In this document: positions 50,382-61,460 of the stretch, piece after piece
Layout of the letters: each line of letters opens with the position of its first letter
How positions within the stretch are numbered: the first letter of the stretch is position 1
Source: Nitrospirota bacterium
GTDB lineage: Bacteria; Nitrospirota; UBA9217
Length of the DNA: 64,000 bases
Assembly (NCBI GenBank): GCA_963754875.1
Contig: CAVWHO010000017.1
Location: 162,254 to 226,253 of the forward strand
Reading direction: 5' to 3'
The notes under the pieces: model-generated
The model's database searches: none
Told to the model about the DNA's origin: nothing
The model's input: only the letters and a program-made list of their open reading frames with translations
Made by a program: the position numbers and the translations under genes

Positions 50382-50789
50382 CTAGAATTTGTACTGCAAC
50401 AGTACTTCCAAATTTTTGATATCGGTCATCGGGTCGAAGCTGAACTTGTCAGACAGAGGTGCAAGACACCATTTGGTCTCATTAGTGTCGTAGAATGGCA
50501 GTGCCCACTGTTCGTGAAAGTATTTCGCAGAAAAATCCGTGAACGAATCGGGGGGGATTTCCCTTGGTGCGCGAGCGGCGGTTTCGCTCCTGAAATCCAT
50601 GTGTATTCCCTGGGAATATTCACTCGTAATATCCACCAACGCCGCTGCCGACGTACAATTTACCGTCCATCGGGAAGTGGTATCCTGAGACCGGTTTGTT
50701 TGATCAGCTGCGGCGAAAACAAGAGATGCGGAGAAGACGATCAGCAGAAGAACGGGGGAAAATATTAGTAGACGATTGAACGACATCAT
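50382..50789 (-). CDS. Secreted hypothetical protein
   Basis: Signal peptide, C-terminal LQYKF. Confidence 0.55.
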   Translation of the reverse strand: MMSFNRLLIFSPVLLLIVFSASLVFAAADQTNRSQDTTSRWTVNCTSAAALVDITSEYSQGIHMDFRSETAARAPREIPPDSFTDFSAKYFHEQWALPFYDTNETKWCLAPLSDKFSFDPMTDIKNLEVLLQYKF

Positions 50790-51061
50790 GGTACGCCCTT
50801 AAAGCCGGTGAGCTCAGCAAATTTGGTGTTTATTATACCGGCTGTCACCAAAAAAAATCTACAAGAATCTTTTCATGCAATTCCAGTATCTTAGAGTACT
50901 ATCGGGAACACTCATACCGATACCACGAAAAGTTGTTGCCAGGTGATGCTTTATCATATCAATTCCCATTGATTAAGCCCCTTCTTCCTTCATCAGCCAG
51001 CTTCTGTTATAATTTGCAAGAGACCCCCCTTTGAAGGGGGAAAGAGGGAAGGAGTAGCTTA

Positions 51062-51250
51062 ATGTTGGAAACAAAAGATTTTGCTACAGGTTGCTTGACG
51101 ATAATACTGTGCATAATTTTAATTCCCCTTTTTTTTCTGCTCTTCAAGTTGACCCTGTTTTTTGCTATCTTCCTTGCAATCATCACCGGCATTATCTTAG
51201 GGATAACTATTTTAGGAAGGATAGTGAGAATTTTCATCACAGGGAAATGA
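51062..51250 (+). CDS. Small membrane protein
   Basis: AAGGAG RBS, hydrophobic. Confidence 0.55.
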   Translation: MLETKDFATGCLTIILCIILIPLFFLLFKLTLFFAIFLAIITGIILGITILGRIVRIFITGK

Positions 51251-51311
51251 CAACGGGACCCTGGGGGGATAGAGGGCGCCCGAATGTTTCCAGGGACGAA
51301 AGGCAAAAACA

Positions 51312-51806
51312 ATGAACATCGAAATTTCCACAAAAGAATACCGCGACCTGCTGGACATTCTGCACATCGCCGATATCGTCCTCTCCGGACATCGGAGAGA
51401 AGGGGACGAGCGCAGCGTGCGGCACCGGGCGCTCATTCAGAAGTTTTATGCCCTCGCAAGGGGCGAGGAAGGTCTTGACCGGCTTATCAGCCATAACGAG
51501 AGCGCGCACACGTATGTCCCGACCGTGGAATTTGAAGAGAGCAGCCTGGCGCATACGTTGATCGACGAATTTGGAGACCACCTCTTCTGGGATGAACTGA
51601 TCTCGCGTCTGTCATTCCGTGATGCGGCGCGGATTGCGGGCGGGATCGATCACCTCACTGCAATGGACGACAGCGAGCGTCAGGCAGCGGAAGGACCCAT
51701 CCGGCAGCGATATCTCGAAGAATTCTCAAAGAATGGTGTCGCTAATCTGGCCGTCATCGAGCGGTTCGACATTGGCGGGGGGATCCCGGTAACGACGTCG
51801 GACTGA
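51312..51806 (+). CDS. Hypothetical protein
   Basis: 164 aa, FWDELISRL..RD..Y.EEF..NG. Confidence 0.65.
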   Translation: MNIEISTKEYRDLLDILHIADIVLSGHRREGDERSVRHRALIQKFYALARGEEGLDRLISHNESAHTYVPTVEFEESSLAHTLIDEFGDHLFWDELISRLSFRDAARIAGGIDHLTAMDDSERQAAEGPIRQRYLEEFSKNGVANLAVIERFDIGGGIPVTTSD

Positions 51807-52140
51807 TCCCGAAAGCTCCTCTGCGAATTCATCGAAACCGATGGCCTTGCATCGCAGTTCACGCTCCGCGATCTTTTTCTTGAGCTTTCGATGAACTTCC
51901 TCCTCTGGGGAACGTGCTCGAACTCATGCGGATACATTTCGAAAGGGCGAAGAGCAGGCACTATCTCCGGGCGAAGCGTGTCATCACGGACATGGAGATT
52001 AGGCGCCCCTGGCAGAGCTGAAAAGTTCCCGCCGAGGTGTCGCATGCACGGTTATGAGGAGGGCTGCTCCACGCGACCAGTTCTCTCCTTTGCCCAACCG
52101 TTCCGAAGATAATCCCGACGATTTCTGCTAAACTACTTTT

Positions 52141-53343
52141 ATGATTGTCATCGAGCCCTTTAAGGGAAAATCGGTCATCGACCAGCGGGTCGAGATCGTC
52201 GAACGCAAGGGGACGGGGCACCCCGACTATCTCTGCGATTCCATGATGGAAGCCGTATCGATAGCTCTTTCCCGGGAATACGTGAGGGAATTCGGGACGA
52301 TCCTCCATTACAATATCGATAAAGGCCTGCTTGCCGCAGGCAGTACCGAGAAGCGGTTCGGCGGCGGGAAAGTGCTGAAGCCCATGGAACTCATCATCGG
52401 CGACCGGGCCACCTTCTCCGCGGGCGGGAAGAAGATCCCCGTAGCAGAGATAGCCGTGGACGCGGCAAAGCAGTGGCTCAAAAAGAACATGCGGTATATA
52501 GATCCGGAGAAGCACCTGAACTATCGTGTCGTGCTTGCACCCGGGTCCGAAGAACTGACGGACATTTTTTCCCGGCTCGGCGCCATCAAGAGCGCGAACG
52601 ATACTTCTGCCGCAGTAGGGTATTATCCGCTTAGCCCTACGGAACGTGTTGTCCTCGCACTGGAACATTATCTGAACTCAAAACCATTCAAAAAAAAGCA
52701 CCCCGAGACCGGGGAAGACATCAAGGTGATGGGCCTGCGTACAGGAAACAACCTCGACCTCACCGTTGCCATGCCGCTTATCTGTAAATACGTAAAATCC
52801 GAGCAGGAGTATTTTGAGCGCAAAGATGCCCTCCATCAGGAAATGCAGGGGTTCGTCGAGAGGTTCCAGGATTTTAAATATATTCGCATTCACTTCAACA
52901 CGCTCGACACGACCGGCAGGGGGTTGGGCGGGGTGTATCTGAGTCTCCTCGGCACGTCGGCCGAAGACGCGGATTCGGGGCAGGTGGGCCGCGGCAACCG
53001 GGTGAACGGCCTCATTTCCCTGAACAGGCCGATGGGGACCGAGGCCGCTGCAGGCAAGAACCCGGTGAGCCACGTGGGCAAGATCTACAGCGTGCTCGCG
53101 CACAAGATCGCAAAAGACGTCTATGAGAATATCGAAGGCGTGAGGGAGGTTTACGTTCTCTTGCTCAGCAGGATCGGAACGCCGATCGACAGGCCGCAAG
53201 TGGCCACGGCGCAGGTCCTGCTCGAAGGCCGGAGAAAGGTTCGCGAGATCATGAGACCGGTTGAGAAGATCTTCGATTTCGAGTTTTCGAACATAAACCG
53301 GTTCTGCCTCGAATTGAGCAAGGGGAAATACCCGATATGCTAG
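52141..53343 (+). CDS. mat: Archaeal-type methionine adenosyltransferase
   Basis: EIVERKG.GHPD, ANDTS, GEDIKVMG, GTSAE.ADSGQVGRGNR, AGKNPVSHVGKIY. Confidence 0.9.
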   Translation: MIVIEPFKGKSVIDQRVEIVERKGTGHPDYLCDSMMEAVSIALSREYVREFGTILHYNIDKGLLAAGSTEKRFGGGKVLKPMELIIGDRATFSAGGKKIPVAEIAVDAAKQWLKKNMRYIDPEKHLNYRVVLAPGSEELTDIFSRLGAIKSANDTSAAVGYYPLSPTERVVLALEHYLNSKPFKKKHPETGEDIKVMGLRTGNNLDLTVAMPLICKYVKSEQEYFERKDALHQEMQGFVERFQDFKYIRIHFNTLDTTGRGLGGVYLSLLGTSAEDADSGQVGRGNRVNGLISLNRPMGTEAAAGKNPVSHVGKIYSVLAHKIAKDVYENIEGVREVYVLLLSRIGTPIDRPQVATAQVLLEGRRKVREIMRPVEKIFDFEFSNINRFCLELSKGKYPIC

Positions 53344-53385
53344 ACCGTCCCGGCTGAAGGCAGACGACTGTGATGAGCAGTCCGA

Positions 53386-54069
53386 TCATTTCCCGGTGAC
53401 GCGCTGCTTCTTTCTCCGTGTTTCTATTCCGGCCCTCACCAAAGCCGCCTCAAAGTCCGGAAAGTCCTTTGTTCGCTTACCTGCTTTTTTCCATGCTTCC
53501 CGCAGAAGCTCAAGGACCTTCCCCCTGTCCTTCACGGCCGCCGGAACGATGCCCCTGTCTTTTGCCGCCATGACCACCAGATCTGAGGGAAGAGGATCTG
53601 CCTTTTTCCAGATGCCGCGCATCTCCCGAAGGAAGATGTTTACGGTCACGTCGCCGATGCCCCCGGCGAGCGACTTGAGCCGCTGTTCAAGGTCTCGCGG
53701 ATCAGCTGCAGCACACAGGAGTTTCGTCAAGTCCGCCTGGTAGACCTCCGTCAGCGCCTTGCACATGTCCAACAGTTTGGTCGCCGTCTTGAAGTCGTAC
53801 CGTACATAGCCGCCCCGGTCCAGGATGGCAACGAGGCCGTCCCAGCCGGTATCGAGAATGGCCTTTGGAGAAACGGTATCTTGAGAGACGAACTCCCGGA
53901 AAGTCTTTTTTACGATGGTTTCGGATATCCTCGCTCCGAAGAGGACGGATGCGAGGAACCACTTGAATATCTCGCCGGGGCGTCCTGCAGAAAGATCGAT
54001 GCCGAGTTCGACCGAGAACCTTCCGGGATACCGGATGATGAGCGTCCGTATGGCCTTAATCGATGTCAT
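53386..54069 (-). CDS. HhH-GPD-like hypothetical protein
   Basis: FKWFLASVLFGARI, GGYVRYD, GIGDVTVNIFLRE. Confidence 0.65.
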   Translation of the reverse strand: MTSIKAIRTLIIRYPGRFSVELGIDLSAGRPGEIFKWFLASVLFGARISETIVKKTFREFVSQDTVSPKAILDTGWDGLVAILDRGGYVRYDFKTATKLLDMCKALTEVYQADLTKLLCAAADPRDLEQRLKSLAGGIGDVTVNIFLREMRGIWKKADPLPSDLVVMAAKDRGIVPAAVKDRGKVLELLREAWKKAGKRTKDFPDFEAALVRAGIETRRKKQRVTGK

Positions 54070-54302
54070 GACGCGTAGTACCATTCCAGGACATCCTCGT
54101 CGTAATAGATCCGGTGAGTATTCCCGTCGCTTCCTTTCACCCTGAAATACCGTTTTCGTCCCCTGTCCTTGAACTCTTCTTCGATCCAGCGGTCCAGGAT
54201 CCCTACAATATCGATGCGAAGTCCCCGGAGGATGAACGTGACAGGACGCTCGTCACCTTTGCGGCCTGCATAGGATATGACGTCGATTCGTTCGGTGTGC
54301 AT
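54066..54302 (-). CDS. Small cytoplasmic protein (DUF6504-like)
   Basis: YAG.KGDERP..F..ILDRW..YFRV. Confidence 0.65.
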   Translation of the reverse strand: MHTERIDVISYAGRKGDERPVTFILRGLRIDIVGILDRWIEEEFKDRGRKRYFRVKGSDGNTHRIYYDEDVLEWYYAS

Positions 54303-54496
54303 ACAAAAGACCTTAAACCAGGGAGCTACGGTGACAATGCAATATCTTGCTCCTACGTGGAATCTGTTTCGTGAATCATTTTAATTATAATCAAACAAAA
54401 TAAGTATTGGAAATTGTTATGCGGTCATGGGGACGCAGGAGAGACGGTGCTACAATAATCGTATACCAATTGGTCAGGGACTCGAGGCAAATACCC

Positions 54497-55204
54497 ATGA
54501 AGTTCACACATCCTGTCCTGTTTTGCTCTTTTCTGTCAATCTTCTTTGCGTCAGCCGTTGCCCCTGTCGCGATCGTTGCCGAAAGCAATCCCTTGCCAGG
54601 TTCGGCCCACGAAGCAATACCGCTGCCTCCACCGCTCTACGACAGTAAAACATCGGTGGAAAAAGCAATGCGCGGGAGGCGGTCCGTACGACAGTATAAA
54701 AACCTGCCGATTAAGCTTTCCGATTTATCACAGCTTCTCTGGGCAGCCCAAGGCAGTTCCGGCATCGGGGGGCGGCGAACAGCCCCCTCAGCAGGAGCTC
54801 TGTATCCACTTGAAGTATGTGTCGTCGTCGGTAATGTGACGGGCCTTTCTGTCGGCATATATTCCTATGACCCTCAGAAACATCAGCTTGCCAGGATTGC
54901 GGAAAACGATGCCAGGTCAGAATTGAGCTCCGCGGCTTTGAGGCAGTCGTCCATCGAAAAGGCGGCTGCGGTCCTGGTTATTTTGGGCGTATATGAACGG
55001 ACAACGATCAAATACGGAGAACGGGGCATTCGCTACGTGCATATGGAGGCCGGCCATGCCGCCCAAAACGTCTACCTGCAGGCCGTGTCCCTTGATCTCG
55101 GGACTGTTGTCATCGGGGCGTTCCATGACGAACAGGTAAGGTCCGTCCTGCATATTTCCGGACAAATGCAGCCGCTCTATATAATGCCGGTAGGAAAGCA
55201 GTAA
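54497..55204 (+). CDS. SagB/ThcOx-family nitroreductase
   Basis: RRSVRQY, LSQLLWAAQG, RTAPSAGALYP, EAGHAAQN. Confidence 0.9.
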   Translation: MKFTHPVLFCSFLSIFFASAVAPVAIVAESNPLPGSAHEAIPLPPPLYDSKTSVEKAMRGRRSVRQYKNLPIKLSDLSQLLWAAQGSSGIGGRRTAPSAGALYPLEVCVVVGNVTGLSVGIYSYDPQKHQLARIAENDARSELSSAALRQSSIEKAAAVLVILGVYERTTIKYGERGIRYVHMEAGHAAQNVYLQAVSLDLGTVVIGAFHDEQVRSVLHISGQMQPLYIMPVGKQ

Positions 55205-55314
55205 ACCAGGGTTTCATTCACTTGGGGCCGCGCAGGAACAGAATAGACCGGGACGAGGTACCGAACATGGATGGCAGGACCAACCCGCCGTCGAAGTCGC
55301 CTACGAAAGTAGTG

Positions 55315-55881
55315 ATGGAAAAGATCCATATTATACCCATCGGCATCATTGATCCGGACATTTTGGCCCATATCGCAGGCGTTCTCCAGGAAGTCTATCA
55401 ACGCGAGACAGTACTGGCCAAATCAGTATCAATGCCGCACAAGACCTATAATGCGCTCAGAGCCCAATACAACTCTACAAAGATCTTGAAAAAGCTGGAG
55501 GCTTTGAAATCCCAGCCGTACGAATTCATCCTCGGCGTGGTTGATGAAGACCTCTATGTCCCGGAACTGAACTTCGTGTTTGGAGAGGCGGACGTGCCGG
55601 CAGGAGTTGCAGTCATCGCCCTCGCGCGTTTGCGGCAGGAGTTCTATGGTCTTGAGCCGGACAGGGAACTTTTTCTCCTGAGAGCGTCAAAAGAGGCGAT
55701 CCATGAACTGGGCCATACCTGCGGGCTCGGCCACTGCTCTGATTCCGGGTGCATCATGCATTTCTCGAACAGTCTCAGTGACACGGATAGGAAGGAACCG
55801 AGGTTCTGCACCGCGTGCAGGAACAAGTGCGGCGTCTTGTCCGCAACGAGACGGAGAAAAGCCGTGGGCGTGCAGAGGTGA
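55315..55881 (+). CDS. Archaemetzincin (M54) zinc protease
   Basis: LNFVFGEA, HELGHTCGLGHC..C.M.FSN..D..FC..C. Confidence 0.9.
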   Translation: MEKIHIIPIGIIDPDILAHIAGVLQEVYQRETVLAKSVSMPHKTYNALRAQYNSTKILKKLEALKSQPYEFILGVVDEDLYVPELNFVFGEADVPAGVAVIALARLRQEFYGLEPDRELFLLRASKEAIHELGHTCGLGHCSDSGCIMHFSNSLSDTDRKEPRFCTACRNKCGVLSATRRRKAVGVQR

Positions 55882-55884
55882 AGG

Positions 55885-56880
55885 ATGAACAGGCGTGAGT
55901 TCCTCATAACCGTAGGTGCAGTCATGGTCATGAATAGAGGAGAAGGAGAGGGGGGCAGCGTGGACAAACCGGTGCGCAGGGCACAGAAAAGCAAAAAGAC
56001 ACGAGTGTCTCTCATCAGGACCCGCGACCGGGCAGCGGGCATCAGGAGGGCCGTCGATCTGCTCGAAATAAACCCGGTGAAGGGGATGGACGTGCTGCTC
56101 AAGCCGAACTTCAATACTGCAGACCCGTTCCCCGGTTCGACCCACAACGACACATTGACCCATCTGGTCCTCCATCTCCAAACGATGGGCGCGGAGAGCA
56201 TCACGATCGGCGAACGCAGCGGCCCCCCAGACACCGCCGACGTCATGAAGGAAAAGGGGATCTACGACCTGTGCGACAAGTTGGGCGTCGACATCATCAA
56301 TTTTGAACATCTCCCCGCGACGGGCTGGGTGCACTTCAAGCCTGAGCAGAGCCACTGGATGAACGGGTTTGATGTTGCCAAACCGCTCGTCGATTCATCA
56401 TGCATTGTTACGACCTGCTGTCTCAAGACCCACGGCTACGGAGGGGTCTTCACCATGTCGCTCAAGCTCTCCGTGGGCGTCACCCACAAGAGAAATATGA
56501 GGGAGCTTCATACCTCGTTTCTGAGCATGCGCAAGATGATCGCCGAGATCAACCAGGCCTATTCACCCTCCCTCATCCTTCTGGACGGCATCGAGGCATT
56601 CGTTGATAAAGGCCCTTCGCATGGCCCCGTGAAGCAGGCAGGCGTCATCCTTGCCGGCACGGACCGGATCGCGATCGACGCCGTCGGGCTGTCGATCTTA
56701 AAAGAACTCGGCAGCAACAAGGCCATCATGGAGAAGAGGATCTTTGAGCAGGAACAGATCAGCAGGGCCGTTGAACTCGGACTGGGCGTATCGCGTCCCG
56801 GGGACATCGAGATTGTGTCGGATGACGCTACGGGCAAACAGTACGCGGAAACATTGATGCGTATATTGCTGAAAGGCTGA
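55885..56880 (+). CDS. DUF362 protein with twin-Arg N-terminus
   Basis: MNRREFL; LLKPNFN, LKTH, TMSLKLSVG, D.IAIDAVG. Confidence 0.85.
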   Translation: MNRREFLITVGAVMVMNRGEGEGGSVDKPVRRAQKSKKTRVSLIRTRDRAAGIRRAVDLLEINPVKGMDVLLKPNFNTADPFPGSTHNDTLTHLVLHLQTMGAESITIGERSGPPDTADVMKEKGIYDLCDKLGVDIINFEHLPATGWVHFKPEQSHWMNGFDVAKPLVDSSCIVTTCCLKTHGYGGVFTMSLKLSVGVTHKRNMRELHTSFLSMRKMIAEINQAYSPSLILLDGIEAFVDKGPSHGPVKQAGVILAGTDRIAIDAVGLSILKELGSNKAIMEKRIFEQEQISRAVELGLGVSRPGDIEIVSDDATGKQYAETLMRILLKG

Positions 56881-56966
56881 AACACGCTCCTTCACAAGAG
56901 CAAGGTTTGGAAGAAATACATAAGGTCTTTTCCATCGGACCTTCTTCCACAAGGATGCAAATACCT

Positions 56967-57299
56967 TTATCGCGTCAGATACGTGCTTCGGATCAGGCCC
57001 ACATTCTTGGCAAGTTCCTTTTCGCCCTTGCTCTCGTAAACCACATTTGCCCCGTATTTCTCTGCAAGCTGACGTGCCCGTTGAAAATGACCGCGGGGTT
57101 GTTTCAGTATGATTTCGAAATGGCCCTCCACAAAATTAATAGGCATGAACAGATCCATTTCTCGTGCGATGAGAGATGCTTGCACGAAGGCCCATTCACT
57201 GCCCGTCGTAAAGCCTCTGCTCTGGCCGATAGGAAAACCTGCTGCAAAACCGAGAGACAGTAAAACGATCACCGACACGATTCGTATTATGTTTTTCAT
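56967..57299 (-). CDS. Hypothetical protein (paralog of 11845-12177)
   Basis: GGAGGAGG RBS; colinear 110-aa paralog. Confidence 0.75.
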   Translation of the reverse strand: MKNIIRIVSVIVLLSLGFAAGFPIGQSRGFTTGSEWAFVQASLIAREMDLFMPINFVEGHFEIILKQPRGHFQRARQLAEKYGANVVYESKGEKELAKNVGLIRSTYLTR

Positions 57300-57487
57300 C
57301 GCTCCTCCTCCTTCCGGCATGGTCAACGTGAGAGGAATCTCAGCACGACGCGATCGCTTTCCTCCGGTTGCTCCCGAACGCGGCAAAGCTGCGGGCGCGG
57401 TTATGCCCAATGCCACTCTCTGTGTCAGCACATGCGTCGCCTTGCCCGATAATCGGTTTCTAACTGAGTTCGGTTATACAACTTAAA

Positions 57488-57503
57488 AGCAAATATTATG
57501 CCG
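57488..57503 (-). promoter_or_regulatory. sigma54 promoter
   Basis: cGGCATaatatTTGCt. Confidence 0.65.
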
Positions 57504-58207
57504 AAGTGAATGGGAAAAGCCCGCTGAACCGAAATGAATAAGAAGTATGTGACATTGTGTAAACAATATCTTCAATAAGCGGTCTAACTCATTTAAAGCG
57601 CTTGGTTTTCTGATATATCGCGAAATATTTCATTTTGTTGTGTATATCCACTCTTGACTTTTACAAGGCTTCACGAGGCAGCAAGATACACCAGGGAGCG
57701 ACATCGTCAATACGGCGGTGAGGGGAGAACTGACTCCGAAAGAAACATTCATGATGAAATTGAAGTTGATTTTGAATGATTAAGTGGGACTGTTTCCAAA
57801 GGAACCATAAAGCATATGTAAAGTTTCAATAAGACTGTTACTTTAGGATACACAAGCAAGATGACTGGTTTGCTTTCGCCCTCCTGTGCAAGACCATCCT
57901 CGAAAGCCGAGCCTGTTTGTATTGAGACTTTTTGTCGAGCGAACGCCCAGTAATGCAGCCGCGGCCCGGAAGAGCGCAAGAGTATGCAATGTATATAAAC
58001 TTATCGCACATTCGAAGCACATCCTGTTGCATCCGGTGAATGTGTCAACCGGAGCCCGACCTCCCTGTCCTCCTGCTGTGCTATATTAAAAAAGATAGTC
58101 TGTGCCTTTTCAGGAGTGTTGTCCGGAGAACGTGCAGGGTGGCGTCAACGACGGATCGTTGTGCCAAGCATCATTGCTCGTTTATTTCCATCCAAGGAGG
58201 TAGTGCC

Positions 58208-59248
58208 ATGAGAGTTGCAAAGCAGATATTCAGTGTGCTCGTTGTCCTCGCCATCGCAGGAGGAGCCCATGCTTCCGACGCTCTTCTTAAGCGCGCGCAG
58301 GGGATATTCAAACCTGTTCCTTCTAAACCGCCCGTTATCGCCGATAATTCCGCAACGCCGGAAAAGGTTTACCTCGGCAAAGTGCTCTATTTCGATCCGA
58401 GACTTTCTGCAAGCGGTCTCATCAGCTGCAACACCTGCCATAATGTAGGCATGGGAGGCATAGATTTTCAGGAGACCTCCACGGGACATAAGTGGCAGAA
58501 GGGGCCGCGGAATGCCCCGACGGTTCTGAATTCTGTTTTCAATATCGCCCAGTTCTGGGACGGCAGGGCCCCCGATCTCGAGCAGCAGGCTAAGGGGCCG
58601 GTGCAGGCATCGGTCGAAATGAACAATACGCCGGCGCGGACCGTGGAGACCATCAAGAGCATGCCCGAGTACATTGCCCTGTTCAGGAAGGCCTTCCCCG
58701 GGGAAAAGGACCCGGTCAGTTTCGAGAACATGGCAAAGGCAATTGCCGTATTCGAGGCGACGCTCATCACCCCTCACTCAGCCTTTGACCAGTATCTCGA
58801 AGGCAAGGAGAGCGCGTTGAATGCCTCTGAAAAAGAGGGGCTCAGGCTGTTCATAGACAAAGGCTGCGGCGCCTGCCATGAAGGCGTCAACATGGGCGGA
58901 AGCGGTTATTTCCCCTTCGGCGTTGTGGCGAAACCATCACCGGACATCATGAAGGGAGATGAAGGGCGGTTTAAAGTCACCGGGGTCAAGTCCGACGAAT
59001 ATATGTTCAAGGCTCCTTCCCTCAGAAATATCGCTTTAACACCGCCGTACTTCCACTCGGGTATGGTATGGAGTCTCAACGAAGCCGTGGCCATCATGGG
59101 TAGTGCACAGCTCGGTATCACCCTGAACCCCGGGGAAATCAACCGGATCGATGCATTCCTCCAGAGTACAACCGGCGACCAGCCGTCAATCATGTATCCC
59201 GTCCTGCCGGCCTCAACGGACGACACGCCGAAGCCGAAACTGGATTAG
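58208..59248 (+). CDS. ccpA: Di-heme cytochrome c peroxidase
   Basis: Signal peptide; FDPRLS..CNTCH, QFWDGRA, CGACH, FK.PSLRN..PYFHSG. Confidence 0.9.
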   Translation: MRVAKQIFSVLVVLAIAGGAHASDALLKRAQGIFKPVPSKPPVIADNSATPEKVYLGKVLYFDPRLSASGLISCNTCHNVGMGGIDFQETSTGHKWQKGPRNAPTVLNSVFNIAQFWDGRAPDLEQQAKGPVQASVEMNNTPARTVETIKSMPEYIALFRKAFPGEKDPVSFENMAKAIAVFEATLITPHSAFDQYLEGKESALNASEKEGLRLFIDKGCGACHEGVNMGGSGYFPFGVVAKPSPDIMKGDEGRFKVTGVKSDEYMFKAPSLRNIALTPPYFHSGMVWSLNEAVAIMGSAQLGITLNPGEINRIDAFLQSTTGDQPSIMYPVLPASTDDTPKPKLD

Positions 59249-59622
59249 GAAAATTTGCTTATTCGTGATATCCGGGGGCGCGGACAGAAGGCCGCGCTCC
59301 CGGCGTCTTATCACCGTGAAAACACAATCCCCGGCCAATTCCCTGCGGAACCTATGGGTCACCATTCAAAATTATGATCAAGAGGAACGCCGCCTATTGG
59401 CCGGGCAAATCGCGAAAGTGAGAAGGCAGCTGGTGAAAACGTAGTTTCCGTGATTTATGATTTCCTTCGCGTCCTCTGCGCCTTGACGGTAAATGGTTTT
59501 GATTTTAGATTTATCTAAAAACTTGACTCAAAATTAAAGATGTTGGTCCGTAAAGTACTTTAACATTCGTGCACGTCTTTACCACGGCTCATACCGTCCA
59601 AGCTCAGACGTAAAGATTGATT

Positions 59623-60582
59623 TTACGTACTGGGGTGCGGACGTTGTTGAAATCGCCCGGAATGAACCGTGATGACCGGAATCGGAGAATTCATGATCGT
59701 GTCCCGGGCGGTGCTGCCGAGAAAGGCTTCCAGCAGCATATTCCTGCCGTGCGTCCCCATGATTGCCAGCGTATAGCCGCGTCCGCACTCTTGATAAACC
59801 GCGCAGGAAGCCACGATATCCTTTTCATCGATTTTGTAATCACAGGGAACGCCGCGGTCCTGAAAGAACCGGACTTTTTGCTCCATCGATTGGATGGAAT
59901 CATCCCGGAGCTGGGACAGAATTGCATCAAGGTTGCTCGGGACCCATCCGGCGACCATACTGCTGTCGCGAATGATGGCCCGGTATCTGTCTCCCAGGCA
60001 ATGAAACAAAAAAACTCTTGCATTGATGCGTTTTGCCAATGACAGCGCATAGCGCTCTGCTGCGCGGCTGTTTTTCCCGAGATCGGTCGCAACGAGAATG
60101 TCGATTTGTTTTCGCGCGCCAAAATCCTGGACCTTTTCCTGGGCCACGGGGCCGATCACTGCCACGGGCCGCCGGGAGTGACGGACCACTTCTTCAGCCA
60201 CGCTTCCTATGAGCAGGCGTTCCATTCTTTTCCGTCCCGCGGTACCCATGACAACAAGCTCCGGAACAGCCTTCGCGCGCAGGGCCACCAGAATCTGCTC
60301 GGGCGCAGACCCACTCTTTAAAACCGCGTGAATGGGCGTTGTAAATCGAACGCTGATATCCGCAAGCTCCTTCTGATGCCGGGAGTGCCATGCCTGGATG
60401 CCGGAGGCATCAAATCGTCCGCGGGGATAGCGTCGTAGGTCTTCTACGAACAGGAGTTCGATGCCGGCCTTGAGCCGCTGGGCCAAGGAAGAGGCTGCAC
60501 GCTGTATCGCCTGAGATCGTTTCTTGCCAAACTCGGTACGATCATCAATATCGTCGGCCACCAGGATTGAACGCTGCGGCAT
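59623..60582 (-). CDS. Tandem universal stress protein
   Basis: VMGT.GR..IGSVAE and IMGTHGR..LGSTA. Confidence 0.85.
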   Translation of the reverse strand: MPQRSILVADDIDDRTEFGKKRSQAIQRAASSLAQRLKAGIELLFVEDLRRYPRGRFDASGIQAWHSRHQKELADISVRFTTPIHAVLKSGSAPEQILVALRAKAVPELVVMGTAGRKRMERLLIGSVAEEVVRHSRRPVAVIGPVAQEKVQDFGARKQIDILVATDLGKNSRAAERYALSLAKRINARVFLFHCLGDRYRAIIRDSSMVAGWVPSNLDAILSQLRDDSIQSMEQKVRFFQDRGVPCDYKIDEKDIVASCAVYQECGRGYTLAIMGTHGRNMLLEAFLGSTARDTIMNSPIPVITVHSGRFQQRPHPST

Positions 60583-61138
60583 TCTCTCTTCCCTCCTTAT
60601 TGTTCTTTTTGGCTGATGGAACCCGGTTTTGCAGCATGCAGGGCTCGCAATCGGCAGGCATCATGTTGAACAGCGTAAGTAAGAGAAACTTTCTCTGCTC
60701 AGATACGGGAAGCATTCCCCTGACATCGGTTGCCCGGAGACCGTGCCATGCGGCTTCTGAGATGGATACTACTATTATAGCAGTTGCTCAGCATGAAACA
60801 TATACCCTCATCTTATCCAAAAGGGCGCCGTAAAGGTCAAAAATTCCTATTGTTCTCCGCCTGTGGCATGCACCTGATTCACAACGATGAAGAACTGGTG
60901 GGCTCAGTTGCAGTTCTGTCGGTGTTTCAAACACCTTCTTCGCTTTCCTCCCTAACGAGCGTGTGCTGCGTCACATAAGACATGCGCGTTGACATCAGAC
61001 TCGATATTTAAGCCAACGCAAGCCTTTCTTGTTTTGAAAAGCAATTAATACTTATAATCCGCAACTTGCTGCGGTTCGCTTATAAGGACCGCGATTCAGC
61101 AGTTTATTTGCTAAGATAATACTGAGGAGAATGTGAAC

Positions 61139-61290
61139 ATGTTCAAAGGCAGAAAAGACTCTGGTAAGCATTTGGCTGAAAAATTCAAAGACCTTTCCGG
61201 ACAGCGGAACGTGCCCGTTCTCACATTTCCCCGGGGCGGGGTCCGTCACCGGTGCCGAGATCGCGAATCGCCTCAGAGCCCCTCTCGAGA
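61139..61290 (+). pseudogene. Phosphoribosyltransferase N-terminal remnant
   Basis: MFKGRKDSGKHLAEK..VLTFPRGGV / VTGAEIANRLRAPLE across a frameshift; GAGGAG RBS; truncated. Confidence 0.6.
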
Positions 61291-61460
61291 ACGCACAGCA
61301 GCGTAAACCGCAGGCCAAGGCATTTCCGTCCATCTCTCATTCCGATGGGTCTGGAGTCCCTGAGGAATGGAATGCTCTCGCCGCGGTCTTGAGGAGAAGT
61401 TAAGTTCTTGCGGGAATTCGGATAATACAACAGGCTTGATCTATTTCAGGAGGTAGTGCC

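Noticed and set aside
54497..55204. Azole RiPP cluster based on the SagB-like gene
   Set aside because: No YcaO or precursor nearby; stand-alone nitroreductase
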